DNA from: Vicugna vicugna
Taxonomy: Eukaryota
Direction: 5' to 3'
Length of the DNA stretch: 64,000 bases
Assembly: GCA_013265495.1 (NCBI GenBank)
Contig: MU061579.1
Location: forward strand, 3,717,319-3,781,318
The notes under the pieces were generated by a model. It saw nothing but the letters and a program-made list of their open reading frames with translations, was not told the DNA's origin and made no database searches. The translations under genes and the position numbers were made by a program. Within the stretch, counting starts at the first letter, position 1, and each line of letters starts with the position of its first letter. Shown here in pieces: positions 50,635 through 63,450 of this stretch.

Positions 50635-52065
50635 ATTAACTCATTCACTTATCAAATATGCATTGAATGTCTATTCCATGCTAAACACATTTTTTTTAGA
50701 AACTGGGGATACAGTAGTGAATCAAGTCAGTAGAAAGGGAGTAAACTTAAAAAACAAAACAAATTAGAAAAATCAATAAATAAGCTAGGGATAAATGCTA
50801 ATAAAAATGAGTAAAAAATTGTGTTTAATCATATACTCTTGCAGAAAATAATAATCCAAAAAACATAGTACTTTAAAAAAATCTATGTTATCATCTCATG
50901 CTTCTGCTGTATAACGGGGCTTCAACTGCCCAGTTCTCATGTGGACGTTACCAGCTGAAGTGGTAGTCATCTGGGAGATTCATTAGGCTGGGACAGTGCA
51001 AGATGGCTCACTCATAACATTGTTGCCTTGATAAAGACAGCTGAAAGGCTGCGATTAGCTGACCTGCCAGGGCCACTGGGCCTCTCACCCTTTCCATGTC
51101 GTCTCAGGGTCTTCCTACTCTACATAGTCCCTGTACATGATCTATCCATGAGGTGTCTCTAGCAAGGAAAGCAGATTTCTTACGTGCGGCTCAGGCCTCC
51201 AGAAGTTCAAAAACAAAAGCTGGCAGGTCTTCTTAAGGTGTAGCCCCAAAACTGGTACAGTGTTACTTTTGCCACAATTTATTGGTTAAAGTGAGTCCCA
51301 GGGCCAAGCCAGATTCAATGACAGGGGATAACACAGGGCTTAAGTATTACAAAGTGTGGTTCCCTGGAGATTACCTTTGGCGGGGAGACACCTCACACAG
51401 AGTGATCAGAGAGTCCCCTTTAAGGATAGCACACCTGACCTGGGAGTCAAGTGAAGTTAGAAAGAGCCAGTTATGCAGCAGTGCACGCAGGAGGGAGAGC
51501 ACTCAGCCAGAGGAAATGCAGGGTTACTAGATGAAAATCTGGTGCATCTGAAGAAATGACAGAAGTTGGAAGACCAGTGTGGCTTGTGTCAAAGCGAAGG
51601 AGGAGACAGTGATATAAAAGGAGTTTGGAGAGGAAGTCAGGACTAAAATCATAAAGGGCTTTTCAGGCCTTGGTTAAAGTTGGGAAAAGTTCTAGAAAAA
51701 ATGGAAAGTTAATAAAAAGTTTGGCTTTGGTTTAATTTCTTAAGTAGAGAAGTTGTATGATTTAAATATTATTCTTAAAAAGAAGATGAATTTACCTCTT
51801 GTGAAAGAATAAGAATTCTAACAAGAAAAAGAAGGGAAACAGGGAAAGAAATTAGGAGGTAACTGCCATAATCCAGACAGAAAGTGTTAGTGGCTTGACC
51901 TTGGGGGATCAGTAGGGATAAAGAGAACTAGAGATATCCAAAAAATATACTTTGGGGTTAAAGCCAACAATACTTGATGATGGATTGATACTGGAGGAGG
52001 AGGTTAGAAAAAGATCAAGGCACACAACTGGGTCTTTGGCTGGGTGAATAATGTGTGCTATTAAA
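50635..52065 (-). mobile_element. L2 relic interrupted by an MLT1 LTR
   Basis: tcattcacttatcaaatatgcattgaatgtctattccatgc; agaccagtgtggcttg; tgatgatggattgatactggagg. Confidence 0.75.
50835..51397 (-). mobile_element. MLT1 (H/J/K-type) MaLR LTR
   Basis: gctgggacagtgcaagatggctcactcat...gtgttacttttgccacaatttattggttaaagtgagtcccagggcc. Confidence 0.7.
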
Positions 52066-52069
52066 TGGT

Positions 52070-54590
52070 TCTGATAACCCTGGGGAAGTGTATTGGACAT
52101 TTGGCATCCTAGCATTTTACCCCTTTCTATGGATGGAGAGAATCCTGCCTTGAAAGTCTTGTCCTTCACTGGAAGCAGACTATGCCCAATATTTACTTTC
52201 CTCACCTCTGCCACAGTATAGGCATATGCCCTGAGAAGGCTTAAATAACGTGCCTCCAATTTATATCTAGTGATTTGAAGAAACTATGCAGCATAAATCC
52301 TCGGGAGCATGTTCAAAGCATCAGGAGCCATATCAAGTGATGGAGGTGCAATTACTGTAGCAGAAGTAGGCAGTGTTTGACTTCAGGATAATTGACTCTG
52401 TAAATGGCATGGTGTGTCTCTAGCAGTGACAATACAGACATTTTCTAGACCATTCTGTGACATGACTTTGGACATGATAGCTGCTTGAGCTCTAGACCAT
52501 GTGCTGTAGAATTTCCATAGAGGGATGAGAGGCGTTTTGTTAAAACTCACTCACACAAATGATGGAAGATCAATCCCATGAACATGCCAGGCTCTTCAGT
52601 AAAGTTCCTGAGAGTGCAGTGATCTTGGTACAACATTATTATATAAACTGCCAGGAGAAGCACAACTTGCTGCCCTTTGTTCTATCTACCACTAAGAATG
52701 AGGCACAATCCGTCTTTGGGTTTAAAAAGGAATCTGTATCATAAAGCATGTTATTTCAACCCATTTTCCAGGTGAACAAAAGCCTTTGAATTTTGAGAGG
52801 GACAAAGAGTGAGAAGAAGATTCATACCTACGGTAGTGCAAACAGCTCTACCACTTAGCCTTTAAAACCCAGACAGTACAATTATCTGCAGCATCTGAAT
52901 GCTTGTGAAGACTGTATCGAGTCCCATTTGGATAATATGAGAATTCTTTGAGATTTTTCTCTTCTTTCAATTCTTACTGATGGAATATGCAGATGGCAGA
53001 TGATGAAACCTGATCTCAACATGTAAGATACGTGTTATCCATCCTAAGCTGAATGCTAATCTGATGCACAAACTCATAAAGTTTACCATCCTTTAACTAT
53101 TAAGTGGAAGTTTATATATGAGACAACCCCAAGCAGTTATTGAAGACACAGGTGCGTAACCTGAGCAGATGGCTCATAATCTCTGTTGTCTATTTCTCCC
53201 GTTCTGCCAACTTTCTGATATCCTACAGTGTCACACGGAATTCCCTGGGACTAGCTGACCAAGATAGAAAAAAAAAAAGAAAACTCACAGATGCTACTCT
53301 ATGATATGCTTTCACTCAAGTAAGGCAGAATTCTATTTTGATATTTTATCCTGAGTGGAGAGAATAAATGTCTCCAGTGAGCAGAACTTAAGGTAGTACA
53401 TCAAGATATACTCTCTGCTTAGAAAGCTAGACGGCTTGAGGTGAGGAAACATATAGCTACTTGAACAATGGCTAATATATGGCTAGAGAGTCAGAGACAT
53501 GAAAGGAGCAGTTTTAGGAAATTAATAGTTAAGAAGTTAGAGGAAGGGCTATGTTATGGTTTGAAATTTATTCCCCCAAAAGATGCTGAAGTAATATATG
53601 AGGTACCTGTGACCATGATTGTCTTTGGAAATAAAAGCCTTGCAAATGATCATGTAAAGATGAGGTCATTAGGGTGGGACCTAATCCAATATGACTGGTG
53701 TCTTTATGAAAGGAGGACATTTGGACACAGATTCAGACACACATGCAGGAAGAAGGCAGAGAATGGAGTGACACATCTACAACCCATGGAACTCCAAAGG
53801 ATGTCAACAAATCACCAGAAGTTGGGAAGAGAGACGAGGAACAGATCCTCCCTCACACTCTTAGGAGAAACAACCTGGCTAATACCTTGATCTCAAACTT
53901 CAAGTCTCCAGAAATGTAAAATAGTAATTTTCTATTGTTGAAACCATCTAGTTTATGGTACTTTGTTACAACAGCCCTCAGAAGCCAACACTGTCTATAT
54001 GGATGTACCTCCCAAGGAGTAGTCCTCAGTGTGAGCATATTCATGCCATGTAAAAGCTCAAGAGATTGACACTGTGGAGGAAGTCACAACTGATCATGAG
54101 GACAATTTGATTTTCTCTATGGGTATATACTTTTGAAATTTCAGCTCCAATATTTAATCAACAGAGTCAAGAAAAATGTGGTCACGTGGTACATGAACTT
54201 TCCTCCCATAAAGCTGACTTGGCATCTGCTAAATGTACTGTATGACAGCAAAGATCAATACAGAGCTCTCACAGTGGCACCATAATCCAGAGACACAGGC
54301 CAGTCACTTGGTGGTAGGTTTATTACATTTGAACCCCCTTCTGCCGTGGATGAGGGAAACATTTTATTTTTATTTAACTACTTATTCTGACAAAATATTC
54401 AGTTTATTTGCCAGTCATATTTTTGTAGCACTACCTCTGTGGACTTGCTGAATGCTATATTAATCATCATAAAGCTCTACACGACACTGTAGTGTTAGAG
54501 ATAAGATTAATGGCTGAGGCTCACAGAATTCTCTGGTCTTCTCATGTGCCATGTTACCAGCAGCCTTACTGCAAACTCAGTGTTAGGGTC
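52070..54590 (+). mobile_element. Decayed ERVL-class internal region (pol: RT/RNase H/integrase remnants)
   Basis: gtaaagttcctgagagtgcagtg (VKFLGVQW-like), LSTTKNEAQ, aagaagttagaggaagggc (KEVWGRG-like), aaagctgacttggc...tggtggtaggtttattacatttgaaccc (KADLA...WWQVDYIGP-like). Confidence 0.8.
53552..53992 (+). mobile_element. MLT1B/C-type MaLR solo LTR nested in ERVL pol
   Basis: tgttatggtttgaa...gatgaggtcattagggtgggacctaatccaatatgactggtgtc...ctttgttacaacagccct; probable TSD ggcta / gtcta. Confidence 0.9.
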
Positions 54591-55254
54591 AGCTAGGAAT
54601 CAACTTGCTTTGATGGACTGAACAGCCTCTTATCCCTCTGTTAAAATTTGGAGAATCCTCCCCTTTTAAGAAATCAAGCTTATTTTCACTTACAGATGTT
54701 TCTTGCCCTTCTAAAAGCCCCTGCAGCCAGATCAGCGGCATATGCCTTGGAATTACCAATGAGACACATTCACGGTTGGCTGGGTGTCAGAATCTACTGA
54801 TTCAAATAAACAAAATGGCATAAAATCTATTACAACAAAGAAAGGGCAATCAGGAGTAATTTATAAAGTGTGTATTGGGCATATCTCTGGTATAAGCCCT
54901 GGGGCTCTGCAGTTCCTCTAGAAGCATAGTTCTCCTCTGTTAATGATGCCTAGGATGGAAGACTAGATTTACTAATGTTATGCATCCTTTGTCATTTGTC
55001 TTCCATCTTATCAGATCTTTCAAAATTAGGAGATATTTTCAGAGGTGACAATATGCTCCCTATTACAAAAGTTAACCTTCATTCATCCTTATCATGACTA
55101 CCACCATCAAAGAAAATAGACTATTTGATGTTATAAATATTAGTTTATCAACAACCAACCAAATGATTCTGAATCTGATGTTAATTAGTGGCATTGATTA
55201 AGAATTTTGAAAATAGTCTAAATCCATAAACCAATTTTGACGACAAGAGAAACA

Positions 55255-55495
55255 ACAGAGTTTAATATCTAAAAGAGTGGCTTCTAAAGCCAAAACACCT
55301 GGGTTCAAATCCTAGTTACACCTCTTAATTATTTTATTACCTTTGCCAAGTTTCTTGTGCCTCAATGCTTCCATCTCTAAAATGGAGATAAGAATTACAC
55401 AAACATTATGGGAGTGTTAATAAGATTAAACATTAAAATACCAGTAACTTTTTCAAGAAATGTCTAGTTCATAATAAGCAATGTATATTATCTAT
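55255..55495 (+). mobile_element. MIR SINE
   Basis: cctgggttcaaatcctag...tgtgcctcaatgcttccatctctaaaatggagataa. Confidence 0.85.
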
Positions 55496-56589
55496 TTACA
55501 TTACTAATTAATTTAAATAAATCCATTAAAGCATCTCTAAGGGAGGAAAATAATGTTATTAAAATTTTATTGTAAGTCCTGAAAAGTCAACTATTCCTGC
55601 TGAAACATTTTTATTAGCATAACTCTAATCACTTAATTTGACTCAGGGAAGAGGACACATGCACTACCTCTCACTCTATAGTGGAGGAAATGCTGATATG
55701 AGCAGAGCTGTCCCAACCGTAGCTAGGGTTAACTCTCCTACTCTACTGCCAATAAAAAAGACAAACAGAAAAATCCCATCTGTCCATATGACAAGTCCAA
55801 AATCAGACACCTGCGTGGCAAATGTGCGTAGCAATGAGTATCACAGATGCTCTATATTTAGTACAAACCATATGCTCGATGATTTACTTAAATTGAATTG
55901 GGAGGATGATCCACTATAGAAAAAGTCCACAGAGCAATTAAGGAACAACATGTTTTGCTGCTCTCATCTCATCTTCCCTCTTTTAGTCCCAGATGTTACG
56001 AGCACTACAGAGACATTAGTCAGTTTGTTAATTTATTGTCAGATTGTTAAGGGTTTATGAAGATTTTGACCCATTTTGCTACATCTGTTTTGGCAGCAAG
56101 ATTAATTTAATTATAACTGTCTTAGGGAGAAAAGGAACACAGTAGGATATCAGATGTTACATTTGAATGGCTGGGTACTTCCACTAGACACTGCAAGCAT
56201 TTGTGTGTTCCCAATCTTCACGTGTGCGACTGTCTGGAGAACAGAAGAAATAAAGGCAGCCGGCAGTTATGTACATTTCCTAAATGACATTACCTGCTTC
56301 CTCAACCCTTACATCTCTAAAGGGAGGTCCATAAATTTCCCAGACTTCCAGTAGCTCTAGTATTTTATTAAAGCCCTTTTCATCTGTGTATTGTATTCCT
56401 ACGTTCTAAAAGTTGTAACTTAATATTTAGAAAATTTAAAAAATGATTGAAATTCTAGCCCAGGCCATTGGTAGAATTCTTCCAACAAAATGTGGTTCCC
56501 TTTTTCACACTGATTTGAAAGGAAAACCCACGGTGTAGGTTTCACCCTACGTTAGCCCACTGCAAAATATGTTGATACAGTGACGTTGT

Positions 56590-56885
56590 TTAGACATAGA
56601 CTCCTTGAGCCAAGATGTCCTCATCTAATAATGAGGATATTCTACAACCACAATAGTTGAAAGGATTATTGTACTGATTTAAAAAGAATAACATGTATAA
56701 AATAATATGACAATGAGCAATACTGTATTGAGATTACTTTTTTTTTCATGTTTCTTCACATCATTTCTCCAGCTAGACTACAGTCTCTAAAAAGATAGAG
56801 AATATGCTATAGATACTAACATGGTATTAATACAGACCTGGGACCTAGTAAGCACGCATCAAATACATCTTGAATTGAACTGAAT
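56590..56885 (+). mobile_element. MIR fragment followed by L2 3' end
   Basis: tcctcatctaataatgaggata; ccagctagactacagtctct...cctgggacctagtaagcac...tgaattgaactgaa. Confidence 0.6.
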
Positions 56886-57017
56886 TCTACTGACTTAAAT
56901 ACTCTTTGTAAAGGAGAGCCGCCAGGTACAAAATACAAAACTCAAAAAGAAAATACTGGTCAAATAACTCACATGATAATAATCAAATAATTTGGAGGAA
57001 AATTATATAAATATACT

Positions 57018-57212
57018 TGGCATGGTTCTCAAAATGTGTTCTCCAGACCAGCAACAGCAGGATCACCTGGGAAGTTGTTAGAAAACCTGCAAATCCTCAA
57101 CCCCACCTCTGACCTAGTGACTCAGAAATCCTGAGGGTAGAGCCACACAATCTGTTCTAACAAGCTCTCCAGCTGATCCCGCTGCATGGCGAAGTGTGAG
57201 ACGTACTAATCT
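57018..57212. mobile_element. MER5A hAT-Charlie MITE
   Basis: ggttctcaaaatgtgttctccagaccagcaacagcaggatcacctgggaagttgttagaaa...gtgtgagacgtact. Confidence 0.88.
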
Positions 57213-57399
57213 AAACAATAACGGTAGGTTGGAAATCCTTGTTTTTGTGATTGTATAGAATCTCCTTCAGGAGTGTGGGGGTATGAGGACCATCATTATT
57301 CCATAAGAACAATCTAAGCACCATACTTTAGTGAAGGAACTATACTGAAATCCATGTGGGGAAAAAAAAATCCAAAAGAGAGTCTTAACTCCCTAGTGC

Positions 57400-57572
57400 A
57401 GGCAGCACTTCTCCAATAGAACTTCCTGCAATGATGGAAGTACTCTATATCTGTGCCATCGAACTGAAATGTACCTAATGTGACTGAGAAACTGAATTTT
57501 AATGATTTATAATGTTAATAATTTCAATTTAAACACGTGTGGCTATTGGCTACCATATTAGACAGCACAGAT
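57400..57572. mobile_element. MER3 hAT-Charlie MITE (internally deleted)
   Basis: tccaatagaacttcctgcaatgatggaa...gtgactgagaaactgaatttt...gctaccatattagacagcacag. Confidence 0.88.
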
Positions 57573-58149
57573 GCAGTGGGTCTTTCTCTAATGAAGGCTG
57601 TTAATGCATGAAGATCTTGACTTTGGATACAATGGGATTTTTTTTAATGAAATGAAGTATAGTGAGAGTGTTAAATTCTAAAGAAAGTGACATTTGGGTT
57701 GGGCCTTGGTGAATGGGATAGAATATCAAAAGATGAAAATTGGAGAGATTAAATGCAGAGACCATGACATACTAGAAAAATGCAGTGGAACACAAGCTGC
57801 AGAAATTGCCCAAATTGGTTTGTGTACAAAATACATGTTGTGAAATTGTGGAAAATAAGGATGAAAACTTCGCTGCATCCAGAATATGAGAGGCTATAAA
57901 GTTTGGGGTTTATTCCCTATTCTTTAAAAAGTCCTGAATGTTTCAGGCAAAGTAATAATGGAATTGGGAAGATGTTTAATTGCATAGAATGCATTAAGTG
58001 ACAGAAGGAAACAAGAAACAAGGCAGAAGACCCAGTGAAATGTATTTTGGGGGCAGTAAAACAGTACTTCTTTAGCCATGTTTCAGTTTAACTAAACTAC
58101 TGAATACCTATTATAAATCCAGCATATAATAATACACTAATTATCAATG

Positions 58150-58292
58150 TTTATGAAATTGTCTACTTAAGCGAATTTTTAGATCTCCCATTAGACGATC
58201 TAAATTAGAATCTCCAAGTGTAGGGCCCAAGAATTTGCAAAATATTCAGCAAATTCAGTGGCGATTTTTAGAGCACATTTTAGAACTACTGG
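58150..58292. mobile_element. MER5-family fragment
   Basis: aaattagaatctccaagtgtagggcccaagaatttgc...ttagaactactgg. Confidence 0.55.
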
Positions 58293-60434
58293 AAAAGTGA
58301 TAAATAATAAGAACTTGACTTAGATGGATCACGTATATAGTTAAGTAAACATTTAGTGATTTGGTTGCAATGTTTGCTGACCTGTGACTTGGACTGATTG
58401 TGACTTACACTGGTTTTAACGTCTCTGTTTCTCTGCTGTACCATCCTCATAAGATTAATCAGCTCTGAAAACCAGCTGTGTGAGCTTTTAAACCTATGGG
58501 GTCATACAAAGTGACATGTCAGATTAAGTCAGCGATCTCTACAGTGTAGCCTGAAATCACTTTCGCCTGGAGCAGCCAGTTAATTTAGGAAAGGGAATTG
58601 GGTGTTAAACTGTTTAAATGATCACTTCAGCTTGGTGCATTGCTATGTGGTCAGATACCTCCCAAATGTGTATCCGCAATAAGTTCCCATTCTCCATTTG
58701 GCAGTTTTAGGGGTCATTATCCTATACTCCCCTTGTAGTCGGGACTGCCCTTCTTATTAGGAGGTGATGCTCTGTGGAACAACTTTCTATACTCCTTTTT
58801 ATGGGAGAATGGCCCTAAAACAGTAAAATGAATGCATGTCCAGTCCTTTCTGATTGTATAGTTAGTTAAGACTACGTAAAAAGAAGTAGTTTCTTGTATT
58901 CCTTTTATACAAGAAATACCTTGTATAACTCATATCCTATTAAATAATACCAAAGGATTTATAACAAAGAGAAATATTTTCTTATATTTATATCCCTTGC
59001 AGCCCATTGAGACTCCAACTGATTATGAGCATGCAGTTCAACTCAGTAAGGAAAAAGTAGTGGGAACAAAATTCTAAATATGATGCTGATGGAGACAAGG
59101 TCCATTGCCCCATAGGCCTTTATTTGATTATAATTATAGTTGGATGCTGCAGCAACAAGCCTGTTAGTGGCAGTGATTCCAAGTGTGTCAAGGACAGCAG
59201 TAAACAAAGTGAGGGAGTCACTTCTTCCTACTCAGCCACACTGAAAAAGCTTGTGCTGTTTGCAACCTTCATTTTGAAGGTAAGTGATTGAATTGTGAAA
59301 CATGAACTTTCTCCTGACTTCATTTTACCAGTGATGAGTTCTATTTCCTGCCTGTTGAAGTAACTTATGTTAATATACTGCTTTTGATACATGAAATGAG
59401 AGGAATGGACACACTTTATAAAAACAGATATACATCCCCACTTGGCTTACTAAATGCTGTTCCTCCTACCTGATGCAATTGATTAACAGTGAAATACCAG
59501 CATTCATTGGGAAACTCTAAGTACTGTAAATTTCTCTGGTCCTATGGTGTGTTAAAGATTTTCTTCCTATAATTTAATTTTGTTTGATAACTATTTGCAT
59601 ATTGCTTTTGTATCATGAAGCTAAAAACTTGAGAATCTGCAGCCAGAAAATAATATAATAACAAACATTTACATTCCATATGTGGATGTTTATAAAAACT
59701 TAAAGACTGCTAGGAGCGTCTTCCATTTTTAATTATAATCATGGAAGTGAAAACTGCTCAGTTTTTCTGTGAAGAAATACTTTATTATGCAATGAGATAG
59801 TTTTTAAAAACATAATGCTAGTCAACTGTTACCATTTTTTAATACAACTCTATGGTTACTCTGCGATTTTATAGCTCAAGTATAATGTTCAGTGCAAAAT
59901 AATTCACATTATAATAACAATTGAGTTTTGCAAAAAGGTCCATATAAACCTACTGAATAATAAAACAGCAAGTTGACTATGTTCTACTGGACTTTTAAAT
60001 ATAACTTAATAGTGTTCTTTTCTAAGATTTTTTTTTCTTTATGGTTGAAACTGCTGGGCCCTGTGAAACAGAGAAAGATGCTCTTTTTCCATCATTCTAG
60101 TGCACTATGTTTTATACATAGTCAGTTAACAGTCGTGATGTTTTTACGTATAGCCATCCTCCCAATCACCCAATCACCCACTTCTTAAAAGTTAGGGCAA
60201 ATCTCACGTCTTAAAAATGAAGCTGACTTGCACAATAATAATGACCCACTCATTTTAACCTGTACACTTATATCCATTTTATAAGAGCAACAGGGTAAGC
60301 TCAGCTTTGACTACAAATAAAATTTAATAAGTAAATCTGACATATGAAATTAGTTGTGTACATCTAATCTTGCATACCTGGTAAAAATGTTTAAAATGAT
60401 TGTAACTGGAACCACTTTTACAAATAAAGCTGTT

Positions 60435-60482
<48 letters not shown>
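60435..60482. repeat. Perfect (TCTA)12 tetranucleotide microsatellite
   Basis: Uninterrupted tcta units read directly. Confidence 0.97.
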
Positions 60483-60483
<1 letters not shown>

Positions 60484-62439
60484 AATATGATAATTAACAA
60501 TGAAATATGCAGAAATGAACCTTAAATTTAGATATCACAAAACCTTGAGACAATTCAGTAGGGGTTACTATTTTCTTGGTTTCTTCTTTCCAGACTCCCA
60601 ATACACCTTCCTCCCCAAATTGTTGATCCAGTGTCTGCTTTTTGTCTTCACTTAATCTACTTCTTCTAAGTTCCTGGCACCTGGTATATGTGAGTTCTAG
60701 GGGGCCAAATCCAATAGGAGTTCTGTAACCCCAAGTCTCCCCAGTACTAATGAGGCAATGTTGAGAGTGCAGCAATGGGGTGTGGTATATCTGGTAAACC
60801 CTAGATGAGCATTCAAGGGAGGTAGGCCACCAGGCCATTTTGTACTAGCAAGGGATGATGATGTTGGGAGTTCAGTGGCCTTATATTTTATTAGGTAAGG
60901 CAGGAAAATGAGCTCTGGTTTCTGGAAAGATTAAAAAATTCATTAAGTCCCATAAAATAACAAAAGTCCAGGAATATATTTTAAAGATTGATGTATGAAA
61001 AAGCAGAAAATACAGTGAGCACTGAGAAGAAGGAGAAAATTTGGTTCAAAGTTCTCAGGAAAGTGTGATAGAATGAGACTGATGCAAAGGTGGGATTTAA
61101 ATGTTCTGGAGGAAAGGTAGTCTCTTAATGGACATAACTTTTTGCTAGATACTGTATAAATTTTACCATTTTCCCAACATTTATATGTCAGTGGTTAATG
61201 AATACACATGTTTGTAAAATAACATGGAGGTAACCATGTAATGAACAGCACTATTAGTAGTGAGGACTGAAAAGCAACAGCTTTAATTCCTTAAGAAAAT
61301 TGAAATGAATTTTTTAATGAAGCATACATGAATTAAAAGACCCAACTTTCCATTAGAGACAAATTTCCTCTAGGGAGTTCCTTAGCTACTCAGAAAAACA
61401 GTAGGGACTTTAGGGCACAGAAATGCTACACTACACATGTGCTTCAGAAACTGAGATTCCTATCCAACAACCATTTGCTTTTCTAGGGGAAAAAAAAAAT
61501 CAGACGAATTAACTATTGTTACTTGTCTTATGTTGCTTTCCTTGCTGCTTAGACCTGAATATAGTTCATAAAGTCTTCAAAAGAAACCCAAGGAAATGGA
61601 ATATGTCCTTTCTTTTTCAACATATGGATTCGACTCTTGAGTACGGGAATTGTATTTTATATCTGGTTTGGAACTCAGTTCTTGAGAGCTGAACATAATC
61701 ATCCTTAATCCTTTTGGCTGCTTACTTATTACTTTGAAGAGTGGGGAGAAAGGTGCCTCTATTGCATTTGCTCTCCAATCTCTGCTTCTTTCAAGAGTGC
61801 AGGTGAATAATCTATATTTCAAAGAAAGATGACCTTTACTTGATTTAACGGAATCTCTCTTTCAATATCTGAAATGAGAAAGTGATTAAAGCTTTGGTTG
61901 ATAGGCAAGATGTATTTTAGGAATAGATAAGCATAAAGGTCAGACACTGTCAGAAAGGATTTTGACTTTCTTTAATATTTAAGTACTTCATATGAATCAG
62001 GGATTATGCATTAATAGTATATTTTTAAGTTTGATTAAAAATCCTGCATTTTTGTATAGTTCGAAATTGGTTTCTGACATAAAGTAAAGATATTGGGCAT
62101 GGTGGGAATATTTTTGTTGGGATTTTCATGGATACTGGATTTATTCTGTTCTTATAAGACTATAGGAAAATGGCCATTTAGCACACTGCTTTGGATATTT
62201 TAAAATTCTGTTTGACATATTCCTAAATTGTAATGAATTTAAATGTTTAATAGCCATGTTTTGAATGTCACCTATATTCAAGGAATTTTTCTCAACAAAT
62301 TAATAGGAAAACATATATCTCACATTTAATGAGGTCTCACTAGATATTGATTTCCTAGGTGCTTTATGTATCAATTAATTTAATATGCACCTATACCATT
62401 TGACCCATAGTGAAAGTTTATTGAAAGAATGAATGAAGA

Positions 62440-62600
62440 ACTTTATAAAGCAGTTTTTTACTAGCCCCATTTTATAGATGAGAATTATGTGACCCAGAGA
62501 AGTTAAATAGTTTGCCCAAGACAAGAAAGTGATGGAGGTGGGCTTCAACATAGGTCTTAAGCTATACCCTAAGTTCCTACCCATGATGCTCTGCCATGTA
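62440..62600 (-). mobile_element. MIR SINE
   Basis: ccccattttatagatgagaattatgtgacccagagaagttaaatagtttgcccaagac. Confidence 0.88.
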
Positions 62601-63299
62601 TTTTTACTATTAGTAATAGCATATACCATATTTGTTTAGCATCTTATATTGTACAAAACACTTCTGTTCGTCCTTTATTTATTCCTAATAACATTGCAGA
62701 GTATGTATATTTCTTTCTTTGAAAGGTGTCCAACCACACTAGTTATCACCATCTACACTTTGTAAGCAAGTTATGGGTGATTACCCAAGGGCTATAGTAT
62801 AAGATGGAAAATGTATAATGTGATAGAATAAATGTAGAAAGACAACTCCTAAGAGATTAAAGGAGAGGTTATAGTCTAATCCTGGATCAAGAAATGTTTT
62901 ATTGAAGAAGAGGAATTGTGATGACCATTCGAGCAAAATTTTGACTGCTGAAAATATCTCAGGCAGAGAGAATGCCAACAGTAAGACAAGAAGGTGGAAT
63001 AATTACAGTAAAATTGTAAAACTCTTCCTGGAAGTCAACTTCCACATTGTTAGGTGCAGTTACAAGTTGAATGTGCAGTCACATTCACAATACCTCCTAG
63101 GTTTCTTCTACGTAAGAAACAATGTGAACTGCCCTGACATATTCCCAAGGTTGTTGGTGGTCCTCAAAGTCTGCACTTCCACTGCATGATACAGTGGAAA
63201 ATCTTCCCTTATCAAGCCTTTACTATGCCTCTTGTAAAATCCAGGATATTAAGATAATTTATAATTAACCAGAAAAGGAAACTTGAGTGAAATCCTTAG

Positions 63300-63450
63300 T
63301 CTAAAGTGTTTTAGTGGTGCGATGTTGGGCAAAGCAATTAATTAGCTCCTTTTAATCTAGTTTCTCACTTTAAAATAGAGATAAAAAATTGTTAATATTA
63401 TCTTAAGAGAGATTTCCTTGAGACTCAAATAAGACCGTTATAAATTACAA
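63300..63450 (+). mobile_element. MIR fragment
   Basis: gatgttgggcaaagcaattaa...tagtttctcactttaaaatagagataa. Confidence 0.6.

Noticed and set aside
53468..53890. 140-aa ORF as a novel protein
   Set aside because: Runs from ERVL pol debris into an MLT1 LTR; chance chimera.
59140..59286. AAG|gtaagt donor as part of a host exon
   Set aside because: Lies in sequence resembling a decayed L3/CR1 fragment, with no convincing upstream acceptor.
60494..61822. Minus-strand ORFs of 114 aa and 81 aa as coding exons
   Set aside because: No recognisable domain and weak minus-strand splice contexts; lengths expected by chance.
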